A stretch of 64,000 nt of DNA from positions 32,001-96,000 of IMG/VR virus record IMGVR_UViG_3300009868_000001; one strand, written 5' to 3'. Source of the stretch: a virus. Its lineage: Duplodnaviria > Caudoviricetes. A model generated the notes under the pieces. The model did not search any database and was not told the DNA's origin. It saw nothing but the letters and a program-made list of their open reading frames with translations. The translations under genes and the position numbers were made by a program. Positions 9,809-19,433 of the stretch are shown here, piece after piece. Within the stretch, counting starts at the first letter, position 1. Each line of letters opens with the position of its first letter.

Positions 9809-10904
9809 TGGCATACGCCGAGTTTTTCTCTTAGGCGACCTTCACTTAGGCATAAGAAATAACTCATTAGAATGGAGTGAGATTCAACGGAAGTTTTTAA
9901 CTGAAATCTTTCCGCGACATATTGAACCTTATTTTAATCCTGAAACAGACATTCTTTTATTAGAAGGAGACATATTTCACAGTAGGGACTCCATAAACGT
10001 TCGTGTGTATAACGAAGCAGATAACATATTTAGGTTTTTAACCGATAAGTTTAAACGTGGAGTTTATGCAATAGTTGGTAATCATGATGTCTATTACAAA
10101 TCATCAAATGTTGTCAATTCTATCAGCATCCTTCAGAAAGTCTATTCTAACTTTCATGTTTTTACGTCTCCTCATATTTTAGAGATAAACGATAAACATA
10201 GGTTTTTAATGTTGCCTTGGATAGACAATATAGATTCCTTAAAACAGACGGTCACTTCTTATGTTGATTTGGCAGATTATGTTGTCTGCCATGCTGACAT
10301 AAACGGTTTTAGTCTCAATAAACATCAACAGGTTGAACATGGAATTGAACCTGCATCATTGAGTGATTTTAAGAGAGTCTATGCAGGTCACATACACCTA
10401 AAACAGGAAAAATGGAATGTCCTTTACACAGGAACTCCATATTCAATGGATCGTGGAGACCGAGACTCACAAAAGGGTTTCTATGTATTAGATGTGACTG
10501 GGGATGATGTGAATGAAACATATATAGAAAACTTAGAGTCTCCTAAGTTTATTAAGGTAAACATCTTAGACATCCTGGACATGAAGATTGACGACATACG
10601 TCTAATGTTCAAAAACAACTTTGTCGATATCATGATTGAGACTCGGATAGCTGCTAAGATGGATGTCTCAAAATTTAACGAAATATCAGAAGAATTTGGT
10701 GCCAGAAAGATAGAATTTTTTACATATTCAGATGACCCAATGGAACGAGTCAAACGCGAGGACCTTGCTCAAAAGGAACTTGGAATATTTGATGCATTTG
10801 ATATTTACTTAGAGGGTTCAAACATGGAAAGGACACATAGATCAAAGGTTGTTTCCAAGTTTAATGAGGTCTATAAAACAATGAAAGATTTAAGTCATGT
10901 ATAA
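9774..10904 (+). CDS. gp47: Mre11/SbcD-like recombination nuclease (gp47)
   Basis: Metallophosphoesterase motifs GDLHLG, GDIFH, GNHD, GHIH, YTGTP. Confidence 0.9.
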   Translation: MTMNLTKNIRIDGIRRVFLLGDLHLGIRNNSLEWSEIQRKFLTEIFPRHIEPYFNPETDILLLEGDIFHSRDSINVRVYNEADNIFRFLTDKFKRGVYAIVGNHDVYYKSSNVVNSISILQKVYSNFHVFTSPHILEINDKHRFLMLPWIDNIDSLKQTVTSYVDLADYVVCHADINGFSLNKHQQVEHGIEPASLSDFKRVYAGHIHLKQEKWNVLYTGTPYSMDRGDRDSQKGFYVLDVTGDDVNETYIENLESPKFIKVNILDILDMKIDDIRLMFKNNFVDIMIETRIAAKMDVSKFNEISEEFGARKIEFFTYSDDPMERVKREDLAQKELGIFDAFDIYLEGSNMERTHRSKVVSKFNEVYKTMKDLSHV

Positions 10905-11385
10905 ACCATTCATATCACCTAAGGTTTCAAGCCGAGTAAAGGATGGAAACTATAGAGTCTTTGCTGAATCTCAAATTACAGTCGGTGAAGAAATAGAAGT
11001 TTGTTCTTTTATTCCAATGTCACGTAGAGCAATCGCTGCTCTTGAAAAAAACGTTTGTTTTGACTTAACAGGACGGTTTTTTGTAAATCCAGAAGAGGCT
11101 CAAAAGGAGTCATTGGCACTTCATAAGTTAAAGAACGCACTAATAGATGCTGAGAGTTCAAACATAACTGGACAGAGGCTCTTGGAACTATTAAATGCAC
11201 AGGTAAACGAAAATTCTATAGAAAATTTTAAAATAGGCTCCATTTTATTAGGGTTTGGCAGTATCTATTCAAAGTCAGATGAACCTAATTGTATCTGTAC
11301 ATATTTACCAGACGAGAAACTTTACCTTATAAAAGCTGTAAAAAACATAGTACGAGGAGAAGAGCTCGTGCTTCCGAGACTATGA
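10897..11385 (+). CDS. Divergent SET-domain protein
   Basis: RVFAESQITVGEEIE...LGFGSIYSKSDEPN...AVKNIVRGEEL. The canonical NHS reads SKS and the terminal Tyr is absent. Confidence 0.65.
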   Translation: MYKPFISPKVSSRVKDGNYRVFAESQITVGEEIEVCSFIPMSRRAIAALEKNVCFDLTGRFFVNPEEAQKESLALHKLKNALIDAESSNITGQRLLELLNAQVNENSIENFKIGSILLGFGSIYSKSDEPNCICTYLPDEKLYLIKAVKNIVRGEELVLPRL

Positions 11386-13049
11386 GAATTAAAAAATGGA
11401 GCTGGAGAAATATTTGTTCATATGGTAATCGTCTTCAAACGATTGAAATTGCTGACAATCCTCAGTTGGTTTTGGTCTATGGACAGAATGGAGCAGGTAA
11501 GTCTTCCATTGCTGAAGCATTGACCGTCTCAATTTATGGAAGGTCGACTCGTAAAAAGATGGCCAATATCCCAAATAGGCTGAATAAGAATGCATATACT
11601 AAAACAGTCTTTCAAACAAATAACGGAGACGAAGTAGAGCTTGAAAGGGGAATTGATCCCAACTTTTCCAATCTTAAGATAAACGGACAACCATATAACC
11701 TTCCAGACAAAAGAAGGGTTGATGAGTTTATTGAGGAACAAGTAGTTAGAATCCCTCTTCCTGTCTTTTCTAACACAATAAATCTTTCTATAAATGACTT
11801 TAAGAGTTTTATCCAACTCAATCCAAATGATAAAAGAAAGATAGTTGACAAGATATTTGGATTAGATGAGGTCAACTCTATGAGTCAAATGGTGAAAGAA
11901 GAGAGTCGTGTCCTTAGAAGCGAGGTAGCGACCCTTGAAAGTGTTGTTGCTAAAAATAAACACCATCTTCAAAGATCAATTCAACAGTTAGAAGAAATTA
12001 ATAATTCAGCTAACATTGAAAGAGAAAAGGAAATAAAAGATCTTGAAAAACAACTTGAAGTATACCAGAAAACAAAAGTTGAAATTAAAAAACAGGGTGA
12101 AGACGTTTCTAAACAAGTCAAGGAACTTAGAGAATCTATAGAATCTAAAAAAAGGCTAGCCCAAGACTGGCGAGTTAAAATATCTTCGCTAACTGAAAAG
12201 ATTGATCTTTATGAACTTGGAAAGTGTCCTCATTGTGAGTCTAATCTTTCAGACCATGATCATATTGAACTTCTAAATCAATCTAAGGCTGAACGTGATG
12301 ATTTAAACAAGAAAAGAGAAGACCTTGCAAAAGAAGTGACTCCTTTAATTCAAAAAGAGTCTGAATTGACAAAACAATTTGAAGAAATCAAGGAAAAACA
12401 CTCTAAGAATAACTCTAACATATTTTTTACTGAAAACAAGATTGAGGAACTAAAATCAAGTGGACAGAAAAAAGAGACTAACGCAGTAGAGGATTTAATC
12501 TCAAACATAAGGAATGAAATATCTGAGACTGAAAATGAACTATTTTCAAAAAAAGAGCAACTTCAAATCAACTTAGACTTAGAAGCTGCTCTTTCAGAAT
12601 CAGGTATCAAAAAGATAATAATGGGAAATATAGTTCCAACCCTTAACCAAAAAATCCTAAAGATTTCCAAGGCACTTGAGTTTAAATTTGCCTTTGAATT
12701 TGACGAAGATTTCAATCCGATAATAAAACACATAGGTCATGAAATAGCACCAGATTCTCTCTCAACCGGTGAAGGTAAAAAGATGAACCTGGTCATTCTG
12801 CTTTCCATAATAGAAATAATCATGATGAAACAAAACGGTTCTAATATCTTATTTCTGGATGAGATATTTGCATCGTTGGACGGAGAGGTTGTTTATAAGG
12901 TTGTGGAGACTCTTAAAACCTTTGCTAAGAAATATCGTATGACTATATTCGTAGTATCTCATGAATGGCTTCCTGAAGAATTCTTCGATACTATACTCAG
13001 CGTTAAAAACGTTGACAATTTTTCTGAAATAGAAATAAAGAAAACATGA
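11382..13049 (+). CDS. gp46: Rad50/SbcC-like ATPase (gp46)
   Basis: Likely start at the ATGA overlap at 11382. GQNGAGKSS, zinc hook CPHC, LSTGE, FLDE, VSH. Confidence 0.92.
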   Translation: MRIKKWSWRNICSYGNRLQTIEIADNPQLVLVYGQNGAGKSSIAEALTVSIYGRSTRKKMANIPNRLNKNAYTKTVFQTNNGDEVELERGIDPNFSNLKINGQPYNLPDKRRVDEFIEEQVVRIPLPVFSNTINLSINDFKSFIQLNPNDKRKIVDKIFGLDEVNSMSQMVKEESRVLRSEVATLESVVAKNKHHLQRSIQQLEEINNSANIEREKEIKDLEKQLEVYQKTKVEIKKQGEDVSKQVKELRESIESKKRLAQDWRVKISSLTEKIDLYELGKCPHCESNLSDHDHIELLNQSKAERDDLNKKREDLAKEVTPLIQKESELTKQFEEIKEKHSKNNSNIFFTENKIEELKSSGQKKETNAVEDLISNIRNEISETENELFSKKEQLQINLDLEAALSESGIKKIIMGNIVPTLNQKILKISKALEFKFAFEFDEDFNPIIKHIGHEIAPDSLSTGEGKKMNLVILLSIIEIIMMKQNGSNILFLDEIFASLDGEVVYKVVETLKTFAKKYRMTIFVVSHEWLPEEFFDTILSVKNVDNFSEIEIKKT

Positions 13050-13246
13050 CAATACCACAAATTGGTTCGGCATTAAAAAAGGTCTCTAACCGTTCAGCAA
13101 TAGAAGAGCCTATTTTAACCACAATACAAAATCCTGTTAAAAAACAGGATACGAAGGCCAGTTCAAAACCTGCATCAAAGCAAGCGGTAAAATCTAAACC
13201 GGAAACGTCTGACCTTTCTAAAAATTACAAGTTTAAGAAAAAATGA
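13046..13246 (+). CDS. Small basic hypothetical protein
   Basis: ATGA-coupled to both neighbours. Confidence 0.55.
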   Translation: MTIPQIGSALKKVSNRSAIEEPILTTIQNPVKKQDTKASSKPASKQAVKSKPETSDLSKNYKFKKK

Positions 13247-14160
13247 GAGTTTACACAGGCCCAGACTTCGCAACAGTCTATAAAGAATCTATAACTGACT
13301 TAATACGCTCAGGCAATGCAAATGATCCAAGGGGAACTAAAACCAAGGAGTTTTTAAACACTGCTTTGGTTATGGAAAATCCTCAAGCATGTCTATATGA
13401 AAATGAGGTTAGATCATCACAAAGAAAATACGTAGCTGGAGAATTGTTATGGTATTATGCAGGACGAAAGGACGTCCAGTTTATAACCAAGTTTTCTAAG
13501 TTTTGGGAAGCTCTACAAAACCCAGATGGTACTGCCAATTCAGCATATGGACACCTTATATTTAAAAACGAAACAATTCACGGATTTACACAGTTTGAAT
13601 GGGTAGTCAAGAGTCTGCTTAAGGACTTAAACACAAGACAGGCAGTAATGCATCTAAACCTTCCGACCCATCAATATGAGGGAAATAAGGACTTTGTATG
13701 CACAATGTATATCAATTTCCATGTTCGTGAAGGCAAGCTTCATATGTCAGTTCATATGAGAAGCAATGACGTTATCACTGGAACACCCACTGACGTTGCG
13801 TTCTTTTCAACTCTTCAGATGCAAGTTCTTTTTATGATAAATCAAGTTCACCCAGAAATTGGTTTAGGAACTTATACACATATAGCAGACTCGTATCACG
13901 TATACGACAGACACTATGACCTTATTGAAAGGATGATTGAAAAACCTTTTTATCCGGTCGTTATACCATCAATTAAAAAGTCTTTGATTGCAGATGTTAG
14001 AGGAAATGCATCAGATGACATAATAAACCTGGTGAATTATGTCGAATCAGATTCTACTGATTTAATAATATGTCAAGAAGATGATTTACTTAAATGGATA
14101 GTAGATCATGCAATATTAAAAAGAAAGCCTGTTGAAAACCCATCTGTTATAACAGCGTAA
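13243..14160 (+). CDS. Thymidylate-synthase-fold enzyme, probably a dCMP hydroxymethylase/modifying enzyme (gp42-like)
   Basis: NSAYG, TRQA, catalytic DFVCT, MRSNDVITGTPTD (Asp where ThyA has Asn), HVYDRH. Confidence 0.8.
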   Translation: MRVYTGPDFATVYKESITDLIRSGNANDPRGTKTKEFLNTALVMENPQACLYENEVRSSQRKYVAGELLWYYAGRKDVQFITKFSKFWEALQNPDGTANSAYGHLIFKNETIHGFTQFEWVVKSLLKDLNTRQAVMHLNLPTHQYEGNKDFVCTMYINFHVREGKLHMSVHMRSNDVITGTPTDVAFFSTLQMQVLFMINQVHPEIGLGTYTHIADSYHVYDRHYDLIERMIEKPFYPVVIPSIKKSLIADVRGNASDDIINLVNYVESDSTDLIICQEDDLLKWIVDHAILKRKPVENPSVITA

Positions 14161-14170
14161 AAGAATATAG

Positions 14171-14515
14171 ATGAAAGAGATAGAAATATTCTTTGTTAAG
14201 GAACTTAAGACATATGTTGAGACACATGGAAAGAAAAAGAAGTCTGACTATATTCTCAATGTCAATAAGCTCATTAAATCAAAGTTCAACACAGAGCTGT
14301 TTGTTTTAAACAGAGTTCAGGCATTTATCTTGAACTATGAAATATTAAGACTTGTCGATAAGGTCCTTAGTATTAAGAATCAAAAGTATAATCGAATCAT
14401 TTATCTCAATTCTAACCTGACTGAATCTAAAGTCAATAATCAGATGCAGGTTTTAAGTAATCATTATCCTGATATTCAATTTAAACCATTTTCACTATAT
14501 GAGTCAGAGGAATAA
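14171..14515 (+). CDS. Hypothetical protein
   Basis: Open frame within the operon. Confidence 0.55.
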   Translation: MKEIEIFFVKELKTYVETHGKKKKSDYILNVNKLIKSKFNTELFVLNRVQAFILNYEILRLVDKVLSIKNQKYNRIIYLNSNLTESKVNNQMQVLSNHYPDIQFKPFSLYESEE

Positions 14516-14519
14516 TCAC

Positions 14520-15086
14520 ATGATTGTAGTTAACTTTTTTGCCGGTCCTGGCACAGGCAAGTCTACTCATGCTGCAATGCTGTTTGCAAAGTTAAAGACC
14601 CAAAACATTAATTCAGAACTTATCCAGGAATATGCCAAGGACAAGACTTGGTTGCGAGATTCTAAGACATTAGAAGTTCAACCATATATTGCTGGGAAGC
14701 AGTTTTTCCGTCAGGCTCGTCTTCGACATGATGTCGATGTAGCAGTAACAGATTCTCCTTTACTAATGGGTATGGCGTATTCAGGTTACGGTATCACAGA
14801 CAACTTCAATGGTTGGCTCGTAGATGCTTTCAAAATGTTTAGTAACATCAATATCTTTTTGGTAAGGAATACTGAACACCATAAGTTTAACCCAGCTGGA
14901 AGGTGGCAGGACGAAAACGCAGCAATCGAAAAGGATAAAGAAATCAAGGCAATACTTGATAAGTTTAACTTTCCATATTACACTATCGAAGTAAACGAGG
15001 ACTCTCACGATAGGGTGTATGAAACTGTAATTAATGACCTTAAATTTAGGGCTCCTCATTTATTTCAAAAAGAAGAAACAGTATGA
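14520..15086 (+). CDS. P-loop kinase/ATPase (NadR/AAA_28-like)
   Basis: MIVVNFFAGPGTGKST, EYAKD, TDSPLL, GRWQ. Confidence 0.75.
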   Translation: MIVVNFFAGPGTGKSTHAAMLFAKLKTQNINSELIQEYAKDKTWLRDSKTLEVQPYIAGKQFFRQARLRHDVDVAVTDSPLLMGMAYSGYGITDNFNGWLVDAFKMFSNINIFLVRNTEHHKFNPAGRWQDENAAIEKDKEIKAILDKFNFPYYTIEVNEDSHDRVYETVINDLKFRAPHLFQKEETV

Positions 15087-15565
15087 ACAACTTAGTATAC
15101 CTGGCTGGAGCAATAACCGGCTGTACTTATAACGAATGCACAGATTGGAGACAAAAAGTCAGAGACGCAGTCCCATCTCATATTCAAACAATATCTCCAA
15201 TGAGAGGTAAACAAAGACTTAAGGAAATCGAAGAAGGTTCCACTATTAAAATGGTCTACGAGGACAATCCACTAACCTCGGCTAAGGGTATAAACACCAG
15301 GGACTATAACGATGTTCGTCGAGCAGACGCAATCTTTGTAAACCTTTTAGGAGCAAAGAAAGTCTCCATTGGAACTGTTATGGAGATCGCCTGGGCACGG
15401 GCATTTTCTAAGCCCGTTATATGTGTCATGGAACCGGACAATATACATCAACATACAATGCTCAACTATGCATGTGGATACATTCTAAATGACCTAGATT
15501 CAGCCATCTCAGTATTGATAACAGTATTAAGTACAGACCGTCAATTGGAGGACCTGACAAAATAA
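15083..15565 (+). CDS. Nucleoside 2-deoxyribosyltransferase / NMP N-glycosidase-like protein
   Basis: VYLAGAI, RDYNDVRRAD, SIGTVMEIAWA. Confidence 0.8.
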   Translation: MNNLVYLAGAITGCTYNECTDWRQKVRDAVPSHIQTISPMRGKQRLKEIEEGSTIKMVYEDNPLTSAKGINTRDYNDVRRADAIFVNLLGAKKVSIGTVMEIAWARAFSKPVICVMEPDNIHQHTMLNYACGYILNDLDSAISVLITVLSTDRQLEDLTK

Positions 15566-15582
15566 TTAAAGATGTCCTAATA

Positions 15583-15849
15583 ATGTTAGGACTCACGATC
15601 CTGCAGAATGCAAGTTTTACATTAGTTGGGAGAGCCAGAAACAGTGATTCACTCTTATTTCATGCGTTAGCTGCAATTCTTTCAAATGGAATCTGGCTTC
15701 TAGTCATACGTAAGGTTGTAAGTAACTTTGACCAGCCGGTTTTAATGATAACTTACTTAATCGGTTCTGTTTCAGGTTCAGTTTCAATGCACTACATATC
15801 TATGAATTACATAGAAAAGAAATTTAAAGCAAAACAACAATCATCATGA
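15583..15849 (+). CDS. Small membrane protein
   Basis: Two to three hydrophobic segments. Confidence 0.6.
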   Translation: MLGLTILQNASFTLVGRARNSDSLLFHALAAILSNGIWLLVIRKVVSNFDQPVLMITYLIGSVSGSVSMHYISMNYIEKKFKAKQQSS

Positions 15850-16169
15850 AGATAACATTATGTGGCTCTACTAAATTTAAAGAGCAATTCGAAAAAGCTA
15901 ACCAAGAACTTACTTTAGGTGGAAATATTGTATATTCAGTTGCAGCCTTTGGTCATGCAGATGCCAAGAACTGGACAGAAGAACAAAAGACTACCTTAGA
16001 CTTGGTACATTTTGCTAAGATTGAAGAGTCTGATGTGATTTACGTTATTGACGTAGACAATTACATTGGATTTTCGACTGCCCGTGAGATTCAATGGGCT
16101 AAGATGAGAGGTAAGAAGATATTTTATCTTTCAGAGACTCCGCCATACAAACTAGACGCAGTCATATAA
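15846..16169 (+). CDS. Small NDT-fold-like hypothetical protein
   Basis: ITLCGS...KIEESD...YIGFSTAREIQWA. Confidence 0.6.
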   Translation: MKITLCGSTKFKEQFEKANQELTLGGNIVYSVAAFGHADAKNWTEEQKTTLDLVHFAKIEESDVIYVIDVDNYIGFSTAREIQWAKMRGKKIFYLSETPPYKLDAVI

Positions 16170-16175
16170 AATTAA

Positions 16176-16198
16176 AAAGGGAGCATTTAGCTCCCTTT
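16176..16198. terminator. Bidirectional intrinsic terminator between convergent operons
   Basis: AAAGGGAGC-ATTTA-GCTCCCTTT hairpin with A/T tracts on both sides. Confidence 0.8.
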
Positions 16199-16200
16199 CT

Positions 16201-17061
16201 TTATTTTGCTGGTTTTCCAAACGGGAAACCGCCTTTCTTTTCCTTTCCTTCTTCTGGTTTAAGTTCCTTTGGTTCCGCTCCTGGAGCGGCTCCTGTCGGA
16301 GGGGTTGTTGGTCCTGCACCTGGTGCTTTCTTAGGACGTGGCCTTCTCCTTTTCTTCTTAGGTTTTTCTGCGCCAGGCTCTCCTTCCTTCTTTTCTTTGC
16401 CTTCTTCACCCTCTTCTTCCTCTTCCTCAGGCTTAAACATCTTAGTTACGGCTGCTATTACTAGGTCTGCTGCTTCTTCCTTCTCAATTTCCATTGAGTT
16501 AACGATGTCTCCTACTAGTGTGTCTAAAGTATCGCTAAAGTTTTCAAGAACCTGATTTAGCTTTTCTTCGTCTACTTCAGGAGCTTTACCCTTTTCACTA
16601 TCAAGCTTAGGAAGCTTTTCAGGTTCAAGTACATTTATAGATCCTGGAAACGGGTTGTCGCCTCCTTCCTTAGACAATTGCTGAAACTCTTCAAAAAGAG
16701 CTATCCTGCCTTCGTTTAGGAGTGTTTGTTTAATGCTCATGCTATTTGCTTTATTTTCTTTTAATTCAATTGTGCCTGTAGTAGGAATGGCATGCCTAAT
16801 CTCAGACGGTTTCTTTCCAGCTTGCTTGTGAACTAAATCGCTAGTAAAAGCCTTCCACGTTGGATCGTAATTTGGGTGTTCTGTACCGTTCTCAGAAGAA
16901 TGATACCTTTTCACCGTGTTCGTCCATTTTTCCAACGTCTTTCTCTTCTTCTTTGAATCCCATTCAATAGCTTGCTTAGGCCCGCCAAAAGAAGGCTTAG
17001 ACAAATCCATATACTGATCAAAGTCATACACGTCGTTTGACCTAAGATTGAATATTTCCAT
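16201..17061 (-). CDS. Late protein, probable internal head protein
   Basis: ATAAATA at 17070-17076; LLNE and IALFEEF motifs; low-complexity E/K/P tail. Confidence 0.55.
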   Translation of the reverse strand: MEIFNLRSNDVYDFDQYMDLSKPSFGGPKQAIEWDSKKKRKTLEKWTNTVKRYHSSENGTEHPNYDPTWKAFTSDLVHKQAGKKPSEIRHAIPTTGTIELKENKANSMSIKQTLLNEGRIALFEEFQQLSKEGGDNPFPGSINVLEPEKLPKLDSEKGKAPEVDEEKLNQVLENFSDTLDTLVGDIVNSMEIEKEEAADLVIAAVTKMFKPEEEEEEGEEGKEKKEGEPGAEKPKKKRRRPRPKKAPGAGPTTPPTGAAPGAEPKELKPEEGKEKKGGFPFGKPAK

Positions 17062-17084
17062 AGTTAAGTTATTTATCCCTCAGT

Positions 17085-17669
17085 TTATATTCCAATAGAA
17101 CCAATACGGTCTTCGACCCATGCGTCTGCTTCAAACTGAGCGGTTAATACATAGATACCAGCTTGACCGTCTGCCAAATAATCAAGCTTCATTTGAGTTA
17201 GCTTTCCAGTTGGCATACATGGTTTAAATCGGTATTCCCTATAGATGTCACCAATCCTATTAAAAATGGCCACATATATTTCGCCAGTACCATAATCTCT
17301 CTTTAGACCCTGACGTCCTGTCATAGGTTCAGAAGATAGGTCAAACCATGCACGTATAGTGTTGTAAATATACATGTCGTTTGCGTCATTAAGGTTGACT
17401 TCAAACTGCACAGTAAGTATAGTAGTGGTTATTTCAGGCTTAGCTGGTGCATAGGTCCTTTCCGCAAACTTGTAATATTGTTTTACAAGCGTACCTGATG
17501 CTGAGAGCTCTGGAAGACCGTCTAAGTTCTTAATGTGTTCGACCAAAAGGTTAACACCCTGAGTAATTGAAGGTGGTGGAGTTATCACTACCTCAAACTG
17601 GTTTAAGTATAGAGGCTCCCAAAGATTAATTGCGGCTTGAGAGTTATTCCAATGTGGTAATCCAGGCAT
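17085..17669 (-). CDS. gp19: Tail tube protein (gp19-like)
   Basis: EPLYLNQFEV, WFDL...TGRQGLKRDY, LDY...FEADAW; late promoter at 17692-17698. Confidence 0.8.
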   Translation of the reverse strand: MPGLPHWNNSQAAINLWEPLYLNQFEVVITPPPSITQGVNLLVEHIKNLDGLPELSASGTLVKQYYKFAERTYAPAKPEITTTILTVQFEVNLNDANDMYIYNTIRAWFDLSSEPMTGRQGLKRDYGTGEIYVAIFNRIGDIYREYRFKPCMPTGKLTQMKLDYLADGQAGIYVLTAQFEADAWVEDRIGSIGI

Positions 17670-17690
17670 GTGTAATTAAGTTACTTTTTC

Positions 17691-18344
17691 TTATTTATTA
17701 CGAGCTTTTCTTTCTCGATCTTTAACTGCTCCTAATTCTCGTAATAAAGATGCTTTTGCGTCTGCTGGTAACTCAGACCGGTCTCTAATAAAGTCCATAA
17801 GACGACTTGACCTTCTGATTGCTGCTTCTGCTTCTCGTGAAAGACTTTCTTTACTTTGAAAAGAAAGCTCGACTGAAGGAATCACCTGCACTATTAGGTT
17901 ATCCTGGCCCTGACCGAAGATGTCCAGGTTCACACGAGTTCCGTTTACTATGATTTGTATACTTGAAAGATTATCCGAACCATCCTCTGTCTTTGTGATA
18001 TTATTAGACATGATGTGTTTGAAGGTAGAGAACTGTCCGCCCTCACTAACTTCATAGTCTATAAATCTGATCTTCTCAGCATTTATAAGTATCTCATATG
18101 AGTTTACATTTGATGTTGCTTTAATCGCTCTTCCTATTTGTCTAAGAAGTCCAGATATCTGTTCAGCTGATTTATACTTTAAGTACTCAGCTTTACCTGA
18201 TGCTTTAACTATATCTAAGTCTGGATAGATACGAGTCTCATGCAAGTGTACGACCTGCTCATGTTGATTCCATTGTGGTTGTTCAACATCATCAGCTTTC
18301 CATCTTAGCTTAAAAGATATTATCGATTCAGCAATAGCACTCAT
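17691..18344 (-). CDS. Hypothetical late protein
   Basis: In a late operon with coupled starts and stops. Confidence 0.6.
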   Translation of the reverse strand: MSAIAESIISFKLRWKADDVEQPQWNQHEQVVHLHETRIYPDLDIVKASGKAEYLKYKSAEQISGLLRQIGRAIKATSNVNSYEILINAEKIRFIDYEVSEGGQFSTFKHIMSNNITKTEDGSDNLSSIQIIVNGTRVNLDIFGQGQDNLIVQVIPSVELSFQSKESLSREAEAAIRRSSRLMDFIRDRSELPADAKASLLRELGAVKDRERKARNK

Positions 18345-18952
18345 TATGGAGTTTCAGGGCTCTCTCCTTGGAACAGTTTGCCCTTATTTGATTTTTTCTT
18401 CTTAGGGTCTACTGGTTTGTAGTTTGCCCAAATCTCATTATAGATTCTACATGATGCTCCCATGAAATTGACAATTCCTATATACTTCTTACGGTCCTGT
18501 CCTTTCATCTTAGATATCTTTCTACCGATTATTGCAGCATCATCGACGTCAAGTTCGTCATCGTCACTCTTTCCAACAAGGTCCTTAAGACTGTTTTCAT
18601 AAACAGCATATTTATTAGACCATTGTCTGAATTCCATAATGGGACCAAAATTGTTTTCTTGGCTCATCTGTCTTTCTTGATTTTTAAGCCCAGGGACATC
18701 TAGACTATATTTAGGAAGCTTTCCATATTTTGATGATAAGAAATTGTATATGCTTTCAGCCGTTGATTCTAGGTCATCGTCATCATAAACTTCAGTCTCC
18801 ACTTGACTAGGTATTGCTCCGCTTATTGGAACTAGGTTTTCATTTTGTGGAATCACACCTTCATACCTTAGACCACCGGAAGACCTGTCATAATAGATAT
18901 TGACCTTGGACTGGTTATCCAAGTCTATTACAAAATACGGTATCTCTCCCAT
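18344..18952 (-). CDS. Hypothetical late protein
   Basis: In a late operon; internal IMEFRQW...VYE motif. Confidence 0.6.
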   Translation of the reverse strand: MGEIPYFVIDLDNQSKVNIYYDRSSGGLRYEGVIPQNENLVPISGAIPSQVETEVYDDDDLESTAESIYNFLSSKYGKLPKYSLDVPGLKNQERQMSQENNFGPIMEFRQWSNKYAVYENSLKDLVGKSDDDELDVDDAAIIGRKISKMKGQDRKKYIGIVNFMGASCRIYNEIWANYKPVDPKKKKSNKGKLFQGESPETP

Positions 18953-18960
18953 TTTTATTC

Positions 18961-19326
18961 TTACTTCTTAAGGGTAGCTAAGTTAGGATTTACTTCCTTC
19001 TTGCCTGCAGCCTTTCCGCCTACTTTAAGGTCTTCTCTCTTTGGATTGACTTCCTTAGATACTTTAGAACCCTTGCCGGTGTCTAGCTTACTAAGACCTG
19101 GTTTAACTTCCTTTGAAGGTGCAGAACCTCCACGAGTCTCTATCTTAGCCATACCTGCATTAGGTGACTTGCTGCCAGCTCCTTTGCCGCCAACTTTTAG
19201 ACCAGACAGTTCAGGGTCTATTTCTTTTGTTACCTTAGAACCTTTTCCAACGTCTAACTTAGCCAAATTTGGGTTAAGTTTTTCGTTAAGCAAAAATTCC
19301 TTATAAGATACAACTGGTTTGTTCAT
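18961..19326 (-). CDS. Basic repeat protein with a capsid-targeting-like N-terminus (internal head protein)
   Basis: VVSYKEFLLNE followed by about 5.5 repeats of ~19 aa (KEVNPxLxxLxxGKGS); TATAAATA at 19348-19355. Confidence 0.65.
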   Translation of the reverse strand: MNKPVVSYKEFLLNEKLNPNLAKLDVGKGSKVTKEIDPELSGLKVGGKGAGSKSPNAGMAKIETRGGSAPSKEVKPGLSKLDTGKGSKVSKEVNPKREDLKVGGKAAGKKEVNPNLATLKK

Positions 19327-19378
19327 CTTTTCAAAATCTATTTTGGTTATTTATAAGAGACACTATCTCTATAAAATA

Positions 19379-19408
19379 AAAAACCCTAAGATTTCTCTTA
19401 GGGTTTTT
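19379..19408 (-). terminator. Intrinsic terminator after the major capsid gene
   Basis: AAAAACCCTAAGA-TTTC-TCTTAGGGTTTTT. Confidence 0.85.
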
Positions 19409-19433
19409 GTTATGTGACTTAGTCACTCAGTGC

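Noticed and set aside
13243-14160. Ordinary thymidylate synthase (thyA)
   Set aside because: Asp replaces the dUMP-specifying Asn, and DFVCT is gp42-like.
19352-19427. Structured ncRNA or tRNA after the capsid gene (small palindromes such as GTGACTTAGTCAC)
   Set aside because: The region is too short and is explained by a terminator plus a late promoter. No tRNA-like cloverleaf was seen in any intergenic gap.
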